Assembly: GCF_963921235.1 (NCBI RefSeq)
Contig: NC_086098.1
Location: forward strand, 3,224,001-3,288,000
Length of the DNA stretch: 64,000 nt
DNA from: Mobula hypostoma
Taxonomy: Eukaryota
Direction of reading: 5' to 3'
Shown here one piece after another: positions 26,270 to 37,904 of the stretch (positions are counted from its first letter, which is position 1; each line of letters begins with the position of its first letter). The notes under the pieces are model-generated. The model made no database searches. It was given only the letters and a program-made list of their open reading frames with translations, and was not told the DNA's origin. Made by a program: the position numbers and the translations under genes.

Positions 26270-26899
26270 ATTTGCTGTGTCTGTGCACAGCCACACATCA
26301 ATTAAATAAAAGCACGCGCGTGGGAGATGGCTTTAACTGGTGTGTTCACATTGCAGCGCGCGAGAGAGAACAATGCGTTTGCGCAGAGAACAGTGCATAC
26401 GCAGACAACAGATCAATACATACTACTGGGAGGGAGTTGTTGCTCTAAAAGATATAGATCCATACATTACAGGGCCTGCTCCATGTCATAACTCCAAATA
26501 AACATAAAGAAATCATTGACTGCAGTCATGATTACCAAGAAAGGAGATTTTCTCCCTCAAAATTAAATTAAGTACTTAAAAGTTAAACTGCCTAGTGATT
26601 ATAATCCACTTACAACACACTACAAAACACTGTCTGCCATTTGATCCTGTTCTGATTTTATGTAACTGAATGGAATAAGAAAACTTAAGATTCAAAGGTG
26701 AGACTTGCATTAATCAATGAAACCTGTCAATTCTTTAATCTTCACTTAAATTTTATAATCCAATGCCAACAATAAATTTACATATTTGTGTAAGCAAATC
26801 AGAATATTTATTAGTTTTGTTAGCATTCATCTTGATGTGAGAAACTGATACAATTTGGCACCAGAGACTTTGCAGAAATTATAATTTGTGGGGTGCATT

Positions 26900-27500
26900 G
26901 GCTGCCCAGGGAGGGGTAGCACCACTGGTGAAGGGACTTGTCGTGTTCATCCCGGGGCAGCTCACTCACCTTTAGTCCCCACTGGACACTCAGATCTCAC
27001 CTGTGGCTCCAATACAACACACACAAAATGTAGCAGGTCAGTGAGCATCCACAAAAATGAATAGATAGTCCGTGTTTTAGGCCGAGACCCATTAGCTGTT
27101 TACGTGTGACAGCAGCCACACCCTGGTGCACCACGTCGAGAGCGGAATAATCATGGTGAGGGTGGTCAGAGGGATTCATACCCAGTGAGACAGGGACATG
27201 TCTGTCCTAGCGTGCAAAATCAGCTCTGGTGAATGAGGCAGATGAGATTTACAGTGAAATCCAAAATCAGGAAGAGGTAGCCTCATGGAGAGCGAAGGGG
27301 ATGACAAGGCACAGAGGACATCATGGTCTTCCACTGCAACTAACGAAGACCCCAGTTTGTGATGAGTACTTGTACCACTGGAACTGGACCGGACATCTGA
27401 GGGCAAGACAGTGAAAAAGCCCCAGTGCAATAACTTTTTCACTTTAAAAACTCTCCCACACAGATTTCCTGTCATCGTTGGACGCGATGGACAACCAATA
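26900..27500 (+). mobile_element. Non-autonomous RTE-like repeat with a small PLE-tail insert (about 27012-27090)
   Basis: Related copy in opposite orientation at about 49350-49690; family assignment tentative. Confidence 0.45.
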
Positions 27501-28099
27501 TATGATTTATTCAATTCGTTTACATTTGTACATTGGTTGTCCATCAGTCTTTTTATGTATAGCTTTCCATAAATTCTACTGTATTTCTTTATTTCCCTGT
27601 GAATGCCTGCAAGAAAATGTATCTCAGGGTTATATATGGTGACTTTTATAATTAGTTCACTTTGATTTTGAAAACTCAGGTATGACATATCTGACTCAAA
27701 AGCAAACGGATCAAAGGTAATCATTATGTAAATAATGAAAAAATATGTAATGTGTTTCAGATATGTGTGTTTTGAATGAAGAAAATAGATGGCTGGAGTC
27801 ATTTAGCTCTTTTGTACAAGGGTGTCAAAAAGTCAAAATTAGAAAAAATTATCAAAGATAGTGAAAGAAAACTTTACGAAAAGATATCTACCAGAAAACA
27901 CAATAAATAGCTCCATACAATTTTCAATGTGAACTCTGGCAGCTTGATCACTCTCTCTCTCTCCCCCACTGAGTGCAAACTGCCCCGTTTTATTAGCCAC
28001 CAGGACGTACCATCTTTAATTATCCACAAAGTTAATTTAAGACATGAATCAGAATACGATGCACTCACCAATGCAGTTACAAAATAAACAGAATTGTCT

Positions 28100-29045
28100 C
28101 ATATTCACACTTTCTGCAATACCTTCAAGTTAGATTTTTTTACAAAAATATTTAAGTAATTTTGCTTACATATTGGAGGCTGACCTGTTAGATACTATTA
28201 TGAGTATGAATCCTTTGATTAAGGATTCTATTGGAAGAATTTATAATTTATTATTACAATGGGATAAGCGTCCTTTGTCTAAGATTAAACAGGATTGGGA
28301 AAAGGAACTTAATTTGACTTTTATGACGGAGGATTGGATGCGGATATTGAAGTTGGTTAACTCTTCTTCAATTTGTGCTGCCATTCATTGATTCAATTTA
28401 AAATTGTACATCGTTATCATTTGACAAAGGAGAGACTTTCTAAAATCTTTCCTAATGTTTATAGTCATTGTGGTAGATGTAAAACTGAGATAGCTACACT
28501 GACACATATGTTTTGGTCTTGTTCTATATTGGAACAGTTCTGGAAGTCGGTTTTCTCAACAATTTCTAAAGCACTTAAAATTAATTTACAACCTAATAAA
28601 TTAACTGTGCTCTTTGGAATAATTCCTCAAAATATTCATGGTATTTCTGTGTCTGACCAACATGTTATTGCATTTGTCACGATGGTTCTCTCAAGTGATG
28701 CTATGTCTTAGTTTGGAGAAAATTAGAAGTCGAACCTTTGAACCTTTATTTGATTTTGAGAAAAGATGGGGCTCATTTGCTCGTTATTATCATTTGAGTT
28801 AATTGATATAATTTTTCCATGATCAAATTGTAAATTTTTTTTAGTATATTTTCTTGTATGACGTATGACTCCTAATGGGTTCTTTTTTTTCCCTCACTTT
28901 TCTGCTTAGTAGGCTTTTTTTGTTATCACAAAATTTTTTTTCAATCTTTAAGATAATGTTTTTTTTGAAGCATTGTAAGTGTTGTTACTTTGATGTACTC
29001 ATGTTATTTTTCCTGTATAATATAACAATAAATAGATTTGAAAAG
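28100..29045 (+). mobile_element. 5'-truncated L1/Tx1-type LINE 3' end
   Basis: C-terminal motif QFKIVHRYH...C.RC....TLTHMFWSC...FW; AATAAA near 3' end; 14-bp TSD AAACAGAATTGTCT at 28086-28099 and 29046-29059. Confidence 0.88.
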
Positions 29046-29497
29046 AAACAGAATTGTCTACCTTAAATACAGTATACAAACAATATATACACATTTACAC
29101 ATCCCCCTTACTAAAGAAATGGAATATTCCACTGTGTGTGTCAGCAAAGGCGCCATTAAGCCACATGATGAGAATAAGAATATACCGGGGAGAAGACATT
29201 GAAGTGTATACACTCAACGCAGAGGAAGCTCAGAGACCTCGGCCTTGACCCTGCCTTGTGCAGCTGGATCCTGGAATTCCCGTCAGATCGCCAGCAGGTG
29301 GTAAGAGTGGGATCCCTCACCTCTACCCCTCTGATTCTCAACACAGGAGCCCCTCAGGGCTGTGTACTAAGTCCCCTCCTTTACCCCATGTATACCCATG
29401 ACTGTGTCACCATCCACAGCTCTAATCTGCTAATTAAATTTGCCGACAACACTACATTGATTGGCCTAATCTCAAACAATAACGAGGTGGCCTACAG

Positions 29498-30270
29498 CAG
29501 GGGTCCCCAACGTTTTTTTGCACTGCGGACCAGTTTAATATTGACAATATTCTTGCGGACCGGCTGACCGGAGGGTGGGTGTTCAAGTAGGGTTAAACTC
29601 ACCTCAACATGTCTTTTACAGTTAGGGTTGCCAACTTTCTCACTCCCAAATAAGGGACAAAAGTAGCAGTCAAATACGGGACACTTTACCCCAGAAAGAC
29701 TACCATGACCATGAAGCCTTGCGCGGGCACCTGTGTGTGCATACATGCCGATTTTCCCCCCCACAAATTGGTTTTGCCTTCATCTTCCTGACTATATTGT
29801 ACATACATTATTTCTACTTTATATAGGCTGTGTATTTATCATATCATTCCTGCTTTTACTATATGTTAGTGTTATTTATTTTTGGTTTTATGTGTTATTT
29901 GGTATGATTTGGTAGGTTATTTTTTGGGTCTGGGAACGCTCAAAAATTTTTCCCATATAAATTAATGGTAATTGCTTCTTCGCTTCACGCCATTTCAGCA
30001 TAGGAACACCCTACCTTAGCGGGGGAAATACAGGACAAGGGCGGTCCTGTATGGGACAAAACAACTTAGCCCAATATACCGGACGTCCCGGCAAATGCGG
30101 GACAGTTGGCAACCCTATGTTCAAGTTCAACAGTACGTGACAGGGAATGAGAAAAGGTGCAGCTGACTCATATCATTTCATATCGCCAAATCATATGGTT
30201 TCCTCACGGCCCGGTAACACATGCTTTGCGGCCAGGTTCCAGTCCGCGGCCCGGTGGTTGGGGACCGCTA
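29498..30270. mobile_element. hAT Buster/Charlie-type MITE
   Basis: TIRs CAGGGGTCCCCAAC / GTTGGGGACCGCTA; 8-bp TSD GCCTACAG (central TA) at 29490-29497 and 30271-30278. Confidence 0.9.
29588..30117. mobile_element. Second hAT-type MITE (TAGGGTT ends) nested in the first
   Basis: TAGGGTT...GTTGGCAACCCTA; full left TIR TAGGGTTGCCAAC at 29623; 8-bp TSD TGTTCAAG at 29580-29587 and 30118-30125. Confidence 0.85.
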
Positions 30271-31067
30271 GCCTACAGGGAAGAAGTCGTCTCTCTGACA
30301 CGGTGGTGTCAAGAAAACAACCTCTCCCTCAATGTCACAAAAACAAAGGAGCTAGTTGTGGACTACAGGAGGAATGGAGACGGGCTAACCTCTATTGACA
30401 TCAATGGATCTGGGCTGAGAGGATGAACAGCTTTAAGTTCTTCAACATCCACATCACTGAGGACCTCAAGTGGTCTGTACACACCAGCTGTGTGGTGAAA
30501 AAGGCACAACAGTGCCTCTTCCACCTCAGACAGTTGAGTAAATTTGGTATGGGTCTTCAAATCCTAAGAACTTTCTACAGGGGCACAATTGAGAGCATCC
30601 TGACTGGCTGCATCATTGCCTGGTATGGGAACTGTACCTCCCTTAATCACAGGACTCTGCAGAGAGTGGTGCGGACAGCCCAGCGTATCTGTTGCTGTGA
30701 ACTTTCCACTATTCAGGACATTTACAAAGACAGGTGTGTTAAAAAGGACCCGAAGCATCACTGGGGATCCAAATCACCCCAACCACTATCTATTCCAGCT
30801 GCTACTATCCAGGAAGCGGGACCACAGCATAAAAGCCAGGACTAACAGGCTCTGGGGCAGCTTCTTCCACTAGGCCGTCAGACTGATGAACTCACACTGA
30901 CTTGAGTGTACTCTATATTACATTGACTGTTCTATTTATTATAAATTACTATAAATTACTATGATTGCACATTGCACATTTAGACAGAGACATAATGTAA
31001 AGATTTTTACTCCTCATGTATTTGAAGAATGTAAGAAATAAAGTCAATTCAATTCAATAGTAGAATG

Positions 31068-31077
31068 ATGTGTGTGC

Positions 31078-31113
<36 letters not shown>
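31068..31113. repeat. (GT)n microsatellite
   Basis: Direct. Confidence 0.95.
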
Positions 31114-31115
<2 letters not shown>

Positions 31116-31754
31116 ATCAAGCCCTCTCCATCATGTAATGCTAAAAAAGTCATCATCATTACGTGCCGTGTTGTATGACATGGCCAGTCATGGTCATTCC
31201 ATGACCATGATTGTTCTTGCCAATTTTTCCAGAAAAATTATGTGCTATTGCCTAAATCTGGGCTAGAAAATATAAAGTAGAGAAGCCCATGTGAACAACA
31301 ATCCATCATAGAGAAGGTACTCTCATTAAAGCTCAGTTTTTTTTTCTCTGTTATCAGCTGCTTACAAACACATTGTGGGTTTCTGGACTGTTTTTTTCTT
31401 ACTTCTGATAATTACGGGTTTAATTCACAGTCAAGAATTTTCCTGCAAATTACAACACTCAAGTAAAAAGGGATACCATTTCATTGACTGTGTAACAGCT
31501 CCATCCATTAGCTGCTGCAATGCTCAGCTCAACTTTATCTTTGACAACAGTAGGATCTGTTTCAATCCTGGCAACATCCAGTGTTGAAACAATTCCAAAG
31601 TTCATACACAACTAGTTGTCCATTATCATACAAATACTCTACTCACCGAAAGGAAACTGGAGCATAATAAATTCTATCATCGTAAATCCATTGAGAAGAA
31701 ATGCTAATCCTAAAATACATACTTTGCAAACTAGCTACCAACCTATTATTCACT

Positions 31755-32460
31755 GGACTGTGGCAGACAGAAGAGCTTTACAATGGTTATTCAAAACTGA
31801 GCAATGCATCACCGACACCAGCCTACCCACCATCAAAGACATATATACAGAATGGTGCTGGAAAAGGGCCAGTAACATCATGAAGAATCCCACTCACCCT
31901 GCTCATGGACTGTCTGTCCCACTCCCATCAGGGAGGAGTCTACATAGCATCCACGCCAGAATCACCAGATTCAAAAACAGTTCCTCTCCCCAAGCAGTAA
32001 GGCTGATCAACACCTCCACCCACAAACCCACCCCTCCACTCCCCCAACCACCATTACTTAGTCATTTCTTGTCAGAGACACCCTATGTACAGACACTCCT
32101 GTGCCTAGCATCACTTTATGGACACTGAATCGATATATATTCAACTTTCAAGAGGAGTTTGGATAGGTACATGGATGGGTGGGGTATGGAGGGATATGGT
32201 CTGGGTGCATGCCGACAGGAGAACGCAGTCTAAATGTTCGACACAGACTGGATAGGCAGAAGGAGCTGTTTCCGTGCTGTAGTTTTCTATGAATCTCCAT
32301 AATCCTTATGTACATAAGCTATTCTCTGTATTTATAGTGATTGTGTTTTTTCTTTTATTGTGTTCTTTATCTTATCGTGTGTTTTTGTGCTGCACTGGAT
32401 CGGAGTAACAATTATTTCATTCTCCTTTGCATATGTGTACTGGAAATTACATTATACAAT
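31755..32460 (+). mobile_element. Rex1/Babar-like 3' fragment with a CR1 3' piece inside
   Basis: DRRALQ...LPTIKDIY...PTHPAHGL..PLPSGR; related copy reversed at about 51145-51540. Confidence 0.7.
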
Positions 32461-32569
32461 CTTGAATTATTTCCAGTTGATAATGGTTCTGAACATCATG
32501 AATGATTTTCAACTGCAATCTGCCTACTTCTTACCTTAACAGTAGTTGCTTGCAAAAATACACCTTGAA

Positions 32570-33070
32570 GTCTTTTATGTTGCAACTTTATAAAACTCCA
32601 GCTAGGTCATATCTGGACTATTGCATACAGTTCTGGTCACCATATTATATGAAGGACATCAAGGTTTTGGAGAGAGTGCGGAAGAGGTTTACCAGGATGC
32701 TGCCTGAATTAGAGGGCATGTGCTACAACGAGAGGTTTGGATGAACATGGGTCATTTTATCTGAAGCAGCAGCGGCTGAGTGGAGATATGATGGAGGTTT
32801 ATAAGATTGTGAGAAGCTTAGATAGAGCAGACAGACAGTATCCAATTCACAGAGTTGAAAAGTTTGATATCAGAGGGTATGCATTTCAGGTGAGAGGGGG
32901 TAATTTCAAAGGAGATGTGAGGGGCACATTTCTTTACTCAGAGTTGTGGGTGCCTGGGAAGGTGGTCAACATAGATATTTCAGGGACATTTAAGGTATGT
33001 TTAGATAGGCACATGAATGTGAGAAAAGTGGAAGGATATGGACATCGTGCAGGCAGAAGTGATTAGTTTC
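32570..33070 (+). mobile_element. CR1 3' fragment
   Basis: LQLYKT...LDYCIQFWSPYYMKDI..LERVRKRFTRMLP. Confidence 0.8.
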
Positions 33071-33073
33071 ATT

Positions 33074-33965
33074 AGCAAATACGAGAAAATCTGCAGATGC
33101 TGGAAATTCAAGCAACACACACAAAATGCTGGTGAACGCAGCAGGCCAGGCAGCATCTATAGGAAGAGGTACAGTCGACGTTTCAGGCCGAGACCCTTTG
33201 TCAGGACTAACTGAAAGAAGAGACAGTAAGAGATTTGAAAGTGGGAGGGGAAGGGGGAGATCCGAAATGATAGGAGAAGACAGGAGGGTGAGGGATGAAG
33301 CTAAGAGCTGGGAAAGCTGGGAGACCGTTTCGCTGAACACCTATTCTCTGTCCGCCAGAAAAAGCAGAATCTCCCAGTGGCCACACATTTTAATTCCACA
33401 TCCCATTCCCATTCTGATATGTCTATCCACAGTCTCCTCTACTGTCAAGATGAAGCCACACTCAGGTTGGAGGAACACCTTATATTCCGTCCGGGTAGCC
33501 TCCAACCTGATGACATGAACATTGATTTCTCTAACTTCCATTAATGCCCCTCCTCCCGTTCTTACCCCATCCCTTATTTATTTATTTATTTATTTGTTTG
33601 TTTTTATTTATTCCCGCCCTTTTTTTTCTCTCGCTGTCCCTCTCACAATCACTCCTTGCCTGCTCTCCATCTTCCTCTGGGCTCCCTTTCCCAATTCTTT
33701 CTCCCTAGGCCTCCCATCCCTTAATCCTGCCCCTTTCTCCTGCTCTGTATCTCTTTTGCTAATCAACCTCCCAGCTCTTGGCTCCATCCCTCCCCATCCT
33801 GTCTTCTCCTATCATTTTGGATCTCCCCCTCCCCCTCCCACTTTCAAATCTCTTACTATCTCTTCTTTCAGTTAGTCCTGATGAATGGTCTCAGCCCAAA
33901 ACATCAACTGTACTTCTTCCTATAGATGCTGCCTGGTCTGCTGCGTTCACCAGCATTTTGTGTGC
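33074..33965. mobile_element. Penelope-like element: inverted pLTR and tail, then sense GIY-YIG C-terminus and pLTR
   Basis: About 33117-33280 is inverted relative to about 33795-33964; plus strand DRFAEHL..VRQ...LPVATHFNS..HSHSDMS; TSD AGTTTCATT at 33065-33073 and 33966-33974. Confidence 0.88.
33173..33208 (-). ncRNA. Minimal hammerhead motif, core variant CTGACAA
   Basis: AGTC-CTGACAA-AGGGTCTCGGCCT-GAAA-CG-TC-GACT; one core G changed to A. Confidence 0.6.
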
Positions 33966-36259
33966 AGTTTCATTGGCTATTTCATTCCTAATTTATTTGG
34001 TTCAGCACAACATTGTGGGCCAAATGGCCTGTTTCTCTGCTTTACCATTCTATTTTCTATGTTCTAAGATCTCATGTAACCATTTACTTGTCTGAATCAA
34101 TCTACATCTGGAGTTGTAATGGGAATCCCACCCAAAGTAAAAAGCGGCAGATGTTCAACTATAGTACAGTTGTGTAATGCTTACAGCACCAGTGGTAGTG
34201 TTATGCTTTACAGCACCAGCAAACCAACTTCACTTCCCGCCGCTCTCTGTGAGGAGTTTGCATGTTCTTCCCATCAGCACGTGATTTTGCTCCATGCGCT
34301 CCAATATCCCACCACACTCCAAAGATGCAGGCGTTCATAGGTTAATTGGTCATATGAGGCAGTGTGGGTTTGGGCCTGTTACCATGCCGTGTCTCTAAAT
34401 AAATAAGTGGGGTTTGAACTTAAATCTTAAAAAAATGAAATTCCTCAATCCTTTTAATAGATCCTTATAATACTTCTAATCCTTATAATACTTTTATGTC
34501 AAGTCTTTTTGTTGTTATAAGGGCCTAGGATAGCATATAACGCTCTACTAGTACAGCACAAGTATAAAGCGTGCATTTCAAAATTCCTCAATTAATAGGC
34601 TGTAATGTATCCAGGTTATACATAGATGACACAGCACAGAAGCTTCACTCTTGCTCCACAGACAATGTTCTATTGCCCCCTATAGCCACCAAGGCAAAAC
34701 TCAACAACTTTCTTTTTATTGCGTTTGCTATTCTTTCTGCAGTGCCGTTACTTTTTCCATTAATCTTGTTTTTATTGCTCTGAATAGCTCCATGCCAATT
34801 CATTATAATTATATTTCTCTTTTTAGTTTCCTCATTCATCTCCTTCATTCCACTACTTTGTGTGTTTCCTTTTATATATATTTCATATTCTGATATATTT
34901 ATTTATATTTTTTAAAGGTATTTTATATTTCTGAAGTCTCACCCTTTTTTCCTCTCGAATACTGGTTGCATCACTGTCTGGTCTTGGGGGGTGGGGTGTC
35001 ACTGCACAGGATCGGATCGGAAAAAGCTGCAGAAAGTAGTGAACTCAGCCAGCACCATCATGGCCACTAGCCTCCTCAGCATCCAGGACACCTTCAAAAG
35101 GTGATACCCCAAAAAAGTGACATTCATAATTAAAGACCACCATCATCCAGGGCATGCCCTCTTCTCATTGCTACCATCAAGGGGGAGATACAGAAGCCTG
35201 AAGGCACACATTCCGTTTCTTCCTATCTGCCATCAGACTTCTGAATGGACATTGAACCCATGGACACCACCTCAATATATTTTTTTCTCTTTTTATTTGG
35301 TCTCTTTTTGCACTACTTATTAAATTTAATTTTTCAGTATATTTCTCACTGTAGTTTGTAGTTTATTTTTATTGCATTGCATTGCTACTGAGAACCAACA
35401 AATTTCCACGTCATACGCCAGTGATGTTAAACCTGATTCTGATTCTAGACCCTGTCAATCAATTCTTCTTTAAAGGTTGGTTACAAGTCTGGGACAAGCT
35501 CAACCAAGCAATGCCAAGCCGGTGTAACTGAATGATTATTGTGTCATTCTGATCCTGATTTTTATTTTCCTTTTCTTTTACAGTTTAATTCTTCCTTCCT
35601 TTTATATTTCAAATTTTCTATTTTTAGCCTCCTTCGCACCTTAAATCAGGGGTTCCCAACCTGAGGTGCACGGAGTCCTCGGTTAATGGTCGTGGTCCAT
35701 GGCAGAAGAAAAACTGGGAAGCCATGCTCAAAATTATCGTTGTTGTTTTCACCTTCAACACCACACTTCATTATTTATCTCTCATTTCTTCAAAGGATCT
35801 TTTAAAAATAATTTGCCAGAAAAGCAAGCAAGGTTCCTTTTATGCTTCTGGAATCCTGCATTTGCAACTGAGCCCAGCTGCTCTTAATCACGGCACAGAG
35901 TTCAATGATTCAGGACGTTTTCTGTGAACTAATTTCACATACTCTGCCACCGTTACCAATGCCACACGAACATTGTTTGACTTTTCAGATGTTGCAGCTC
36001 ATGAATAATCAGTGAAAACTGTAAAAACTGATAAGGTAAAAAAAATGAAAGGTCACACGGCAGATAATATTTCATAAAACTGATAGAATAAGCAATAAAA
36101 GGTTGCTACCCAGAGCACAGAATGCCCAGAAAGAGAAATTTTAAAGGACGATCAATGATATTTAAATACATGACACAATACCATTGCTCTGAAGTTGAGA
36201 AGACAATAGATTTTTTTTAATATTTATGAAGTGTTAAAATTGCATTTATAGAAACTCAC

Positions 36260-36378
36260 CAATTCCCATTGTAGGGGCCAGTAAGGGTCATTAAAGAGCA
36301 TGGAGTCATCAGATTTTTCCTTGGTGTAACTGACATTGGAGACAATGCTTTCAATCTTGTCTCCGGTTTTTGCAAGCT
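36260..36378 (-). CDS. Internal coding exon of a proprotein convertase (subtilisin/kexin, furin/PC3-like) gene
   Basis: Acceptor ttgtcttttccttgccctccag, donor TTG|gtgagt; 119 nt, phase 1 to 0; encodes LAKTGDKIESIVSNVSYTKEKSDDSMLFNDPYWPLQWEL, matching the F/PxDPxW/FPxQWxL motif at the start of PCSK catalytic domains. Confidence 0.72.
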
Positions 36379-36559
36379 CTGGAGGGCAAGGAAAAGACAA
36401 ATGAACTATGAAGAAAGAAATCATTATAGTGTTTTTTTTATTGTTCGGTATCTTTACACTTTCAGATTCATTTATCATCACAAACAGCTGGATGTTTTAG
36501 TTTATGAGGAAACAGCACTTGTTTGTAAAGAGAAAGAACAAAAAATTCTTGGCACTCAC

Positions 36560-36595
36560 TTGGAATATATTGACCATAGTTTCCAAAATGACCAT
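36560..36595 (-). CDS. Candidate short upstream exon of the same gene
   Basis: Donor CCAA|gtgagt 181 nt upstream of the convertase exon and phase-compatible (GHFGNYGQYIP-K); acceptor uncertain (cactacag at 36596 or ttttccag at 36647). Confidence 0.35.
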
Positions 36596-36764
36596 CTGTA
36601 GTGGTCAACCATGCTTCTGGTTCTTGGCACATTAAACACAGTTACACTGGAAAATATTTTGAGGAGGCTGCTCCTGGATGATTATGGTAAATTTGACATT
36701 GTTACAAATAGAAATATTTGAGAATTCCATTACTGGCTACTGTTAACCCATTTAAAGATAAGCA

Positions 36765-37322
36765 CACAGCAGTGGCCTCTTTATTAGGTACACCTGCTTG
36801 TTAAAGCAAATATCTAATCAACCAATCATGTGGCAGCAACTCAATGCATAAAAGCATGCAGACATGGTCAAGAGGTTCAGTTGTTGGTCAGACCAAACAT
36901 CAGACTGGGGGAGAAATGTGATCTAAGTGACTTTGACTGTGGAATGATTGTTGGTGCCAGACAGAGTGGTTTGAGTATCTCAGAAACTGCTGATCTCTTG
37001 GGGTTTTCACATCCAACAATCTCTGGAGTTTACAGGAGGTGGTGCAAAATGCAAAAACATCCAGTAAGCAGCAGCTCTGTGGGTGAAAATATCTTGTTAA
37101 TGAAGGAGGTCAGAGGAGAATGGCCAGACTGGTTCAAGCTGACAGGAAGGCGACAGTAACTCAAATAACCACACATTACAACAGTGGTGTGCAGAAGAGC
37201 ATCTCTGAATGCACAAAATATCAAACCTTGAAGTGGATGAGCTACAGCAGCAGAAGACCAGAAACATACCCTCAATGACCACTTTATTAGGTGCAGAACT
37301 AATAAAGTAGCCACTGAGTGTA
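36765..37322 (+). mobile_element. Non-autonomous Tc1-like transposon
   Basis: CAGTGGCCTCTTTATTAG...CTAATAAAGTAGCCACTGAGTGTA ends; KCDLSDFDCGMIVGARQSGLSISETADLLGFS. Confidence 0.88.
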
Positions 37323-37610
37323 TTTCAGGAAGGATGTTCCTGCTGTGTTATGGTAAATGTGACATTGTATCAATAGAAATATAGTACTGTGCAAATGTCT
37401 TAGGCACATACACTGTATATAGCTACGAAGCCTATGACCTTTACACACTACAATGGTAATTCTATTTATTACACTGTATTACTGCCACAAAAAAAGTTCA
37501 TGACATAAGTGAGTGATGATAAACCTCATTCTGATATGGGTCTTTATTGCAGAATGAGTGTGGGAAGGGGACAGGGAGAGGGGAATCATCGCTGGGAATT
37601 ATGATCTGCA

Positions 37611-37713
37611 CCCACACCACCCCCTGCCCCAGCAATCCTCCTCTGCCACTTGTCCCATGCCACACACCACCCCCTGCCCCGGCAATCCTCCTCTGCCACT
37701 TGTCCCATGTCAC
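37611..37713. repeat. 50-bp tandem duplication
   Basis: CACACCACCCCCTGCCCC.GCAATCCTCCTCTGCCACTTGTCCCATG occurs twice. Confidence 0.85.
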
Positions 37714-37904
37714 TTCTGCAGCGCTCTCCTCTCACCATTCCCCACATCCTTTGCTCCCACCGGATTTACAAACTCACTCTCTGCTCCACGTTGACAAATA
37801 CCAGAGCTCTGTGTATGCGCCTACAGTACCGTACTTGAGAAATTCATTACCAATACGTTCACCTATTTTAAAATAAACATGTATTAAATCACGCATTAAG
37901 GGGC

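Larger units (their letters stand above)
23077..26471 (-). mobile_element. Internally deleted Ty3/Gypsy LTR retrotransposon, Mag-like
   Basis: LTRs 23077-23269 and 26273-26471 with TG..CA ends; 5-bp TSD GGGCC; polypurine tract at 23270-23283; gag (TYSLLRNLVTPEKP, twin CCHC-like knuckles in ORF 25148..25546), protease and integrase fragments; no RT seen. Confidence 0.9.
29215..31058 (+). mobile_element. Rex1/Babar-like LINE (RT to 3' end), interrupted by nested hAT MITEs
   Basis: GAPQGCVLSPLL..YTHDC, KFADNTT, AY|REEV continuity across the insertion, TKTKELVVDYRR; tail AATAAAG(TCAAT)n. Confidence 0.9.

Noticed and set aside
30423..30845. Host gene (ALKBH8-like N-terminal domain annotation)
   Set aside because: This sequence type is the Rex/Babar LINE C-terminus and recurs several times in the window
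33874..33909. Functional hammerhead in the sense pLTR
   Set aside because: GAAA is mutated to AAAA and the stems are degraded; the copy at about 3160-3194 is likewise mutated in CTGA
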